A DNA stretch of 45,123 bases from Octopus sinensis (Eukaryota): assembly GCF_006345805.1 (NCBI RefSeq), contig NW_021834928.1:1-45123 (forward strand). The letters are read 5' to 3'. The notes beneath the pieces are model-generated. The model saw only the letters and a program-made list of their open reading frames with translations, was not told where the DNA came from and did not search any database. A program made the position numbers and the translations under genes. Numbering within the stretch: the stretch's first letter is position 1; each line of letters starts with the position of its first letter. Positions 43,493-45,123 of this stretch are shown one piece after another.

Positions 43493-44462
43493 GGCGGGGA
43501 GCTGGCAGAAACGTTAGCGCGCTGGACGAAATGCTTAGCAGTATTTCGTCTGCCCCTACGTTCTGAGTTCAAATTCCGCTGAAGTCGACTTTGCCTTTCA
43601 TCCTTTCGGCATCGATTAAATAAGTACCAGTTACGCGCTGGAGTTGATATAATCAACTTAATCTGTTTGTCTGTCCCTGTTTATCCTCTCTGTGTTTAGC
43701 CCCTTGTGGGTAGTAAAGAAATAGGTATTTCGTCTGCTGTAACGTTCTGAGTTCAAATTCCGCCAAGGTCGACTTTGCCTTTCATCCTTTCGGGGTCGAT
43801 TAAATAAGTACCAGTTACGTGCTGGAGTTGATATAATCGACTTAATCTGTTTGTCTGTCCCTGTTTATCCTCACTGTGTTTAGCCCCTTGTGGGTAGTAA
43901 AGAAATAGGTATTTCGTCTGCTGTAACGTTCTGAGTTCAAATTCCGCCGAGGTCGACTTTGCCTTTCATCCTTTCGGGGTCGATTAAATAAGTACCAGTT
44001 ACGCGCTGGATGGAGTTGATATAATCGACTTAATCGTTTTCTTTGTCTGTCCCTGTTGTCCTCTCTGTGGTTAGCCCCTTGTGGGTAGTAAAGAAATAGG
44101 TATTTGTCCTGCTGTAACGTTCTGAGTTCAAATTCCGCCGAGGTCGACTTTGCCTTTCATCCTTTCGGGGTCGATTAAATAAGTACCAGTTACGCGCTGG
44201 AGTTGATATAATCAACTTAATCTGTTTGTCTGTCCCTGTTTGTCCTCTCTGTGTTTAGCCCCTTGTGGGTAGTAAAGAAATAGGTATTTCGTCTGCTGTA
44301 ACGTTCTGAGTTCAAATTCCGCCGAGGTCGACTTTGCCTTTCATCCTTTCGGAGTCGATTAAATAAGTACCAGTTACGCACTGGAGTCGATATAATCAAC
44401 TTAATCCGTTTGTCCTTGTTTGTCCTCTCTGTGCTTAGCCCCTTGTGGGTAGTAAAGAAATA
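43493..44462 (+). mobile_element. SINE family B pentamer (one head, five ~184 bp bodies)
   Basis: Body restarts at 43724, 43908, 44099, 44283. Confidence 0.9.
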
Positions 44463-44575
44463 GATATATATTACAAAATACCTATATATATTAAAAAGTA
44501 ACGAAATTTAAGCTCCATTTCTCAACTACATGTTCTTATGTGTATGTTTACTTTTCTTTTCTCCCCCTCTTCCAG

Positions 44576-44667
44576 AAACAGACGAACATTATTATTGTTT
44601 TGGGGACATTCTTATTGGCCCTCTGCAACCTATTTATTGGGCCAGCACCATTCTTAAATATCCCATA
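44576..44667 (+). CDS. SLC18B1: SLC18B1-like, coding exon 9 (gene continues beyond window)
   Basis: TTCCAG|KQTNIIIVLGTFLLALCNLFIGPAPFLNIP|GTGAGT; family motif GPxP; 92 nt, phase 0-2; no stop reached. Confidence 0.92.
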
Positions 44668-44699
44668 GTGAGTATGATTTCATTGTCATCACTGTCATC

Positions 44700-44930
44700 G
44701 TCATCATCACCATCAACATCACCATCACCATCATCATCATCGTCATTGTCATTTAAAATCCGTCTTCTATGCTGGCATGAGTTGGAATGGTTTGACAGGG
44801 GTTACCTGGCAGAAGACTACATCAGACCCCTGTGTCTATTTTGGCTTGGTTTTCTTTTTATGGCTGGATGCCCTTCCTAACACCAACCACCCCACAGAGT
44901 GGACTGAGTGTTTCTTACATGGCACCAGCA
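44700..44930 (-). mobile_element. SINE family D, diverged
   Basis: (CAT)n tail, GGATGCCCTTCCTAACACCAACC. Confidence 0.7.
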
Positions 44931-45123
44931 CTTGTAGGGGTTGCCAAGTAACTTTGCAAGGCAAGGACTCTTCGAGAGGGGAGGGGGCATTGGAGGAGGT
45001 GATCTTGCGTCAGTTGATGAAAGGTTAGAGTGTGACAGAAAGACAGAGAGGCAGAAACAGGTGTCTTGTTGTAGAGGCGGTACTAGGTTACCTGGCCAGA
45101 GAGAGAGAGAGTTAACAAGAAAG

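Noticed and set aside
44530-44880. 116 aa ORF as exon 9
   Set aside because: Wrong frame; the splice-consistent frame gives KQTNIIIVLG...GPAP, which fits the family.

Overview
AT-rich, microsatellite- and transposon-dense metazoan genomic DNA. It is very probably an octopus (Octopus sp.), inferred from the tRNA-derived SINE families and (TA)n/(TCTA)n content, not from a database search. One host gene is present. Nine + strand coding exons (22763-44667, all GT-AG, phases consistent, 354 codons, continuing past the window end) encode an SLC18B1-like MFS transporter (vesicular polyamine transporter family). A candidate CpG-rich promoter/first exon lies at about 7190-7590. The rest is mobile DNA: four tRNA-SINE families, mariner and DD37D remnants, hAT/Merlin/piggyBac-type MITEs, Helitrons, CR1 and RTE-like LINE ends, and a young Penelope-like element. 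Beyond routine annotation, the main signal is eight minimal type-I hammerhead ribozyme motifs from four sequence-unrelated families. One sits in a retrozyme-like rod-shaped unit, one about 190 nt upstream of the first coding exon, and four form two back-to-back opposite-polarity pairs in intron 6. Other signals are a piggyBac-type MITE expanded into a 12 x 169 bp satellite between two TTAA sites, a twin-priming-type inverted RTE-like LINE, and recurrent single-headed SINE multimers with one fixed junction. All folds and alignments were done by eye, and repeat boundaries are approximate unless a TSD or terminus is quoted.
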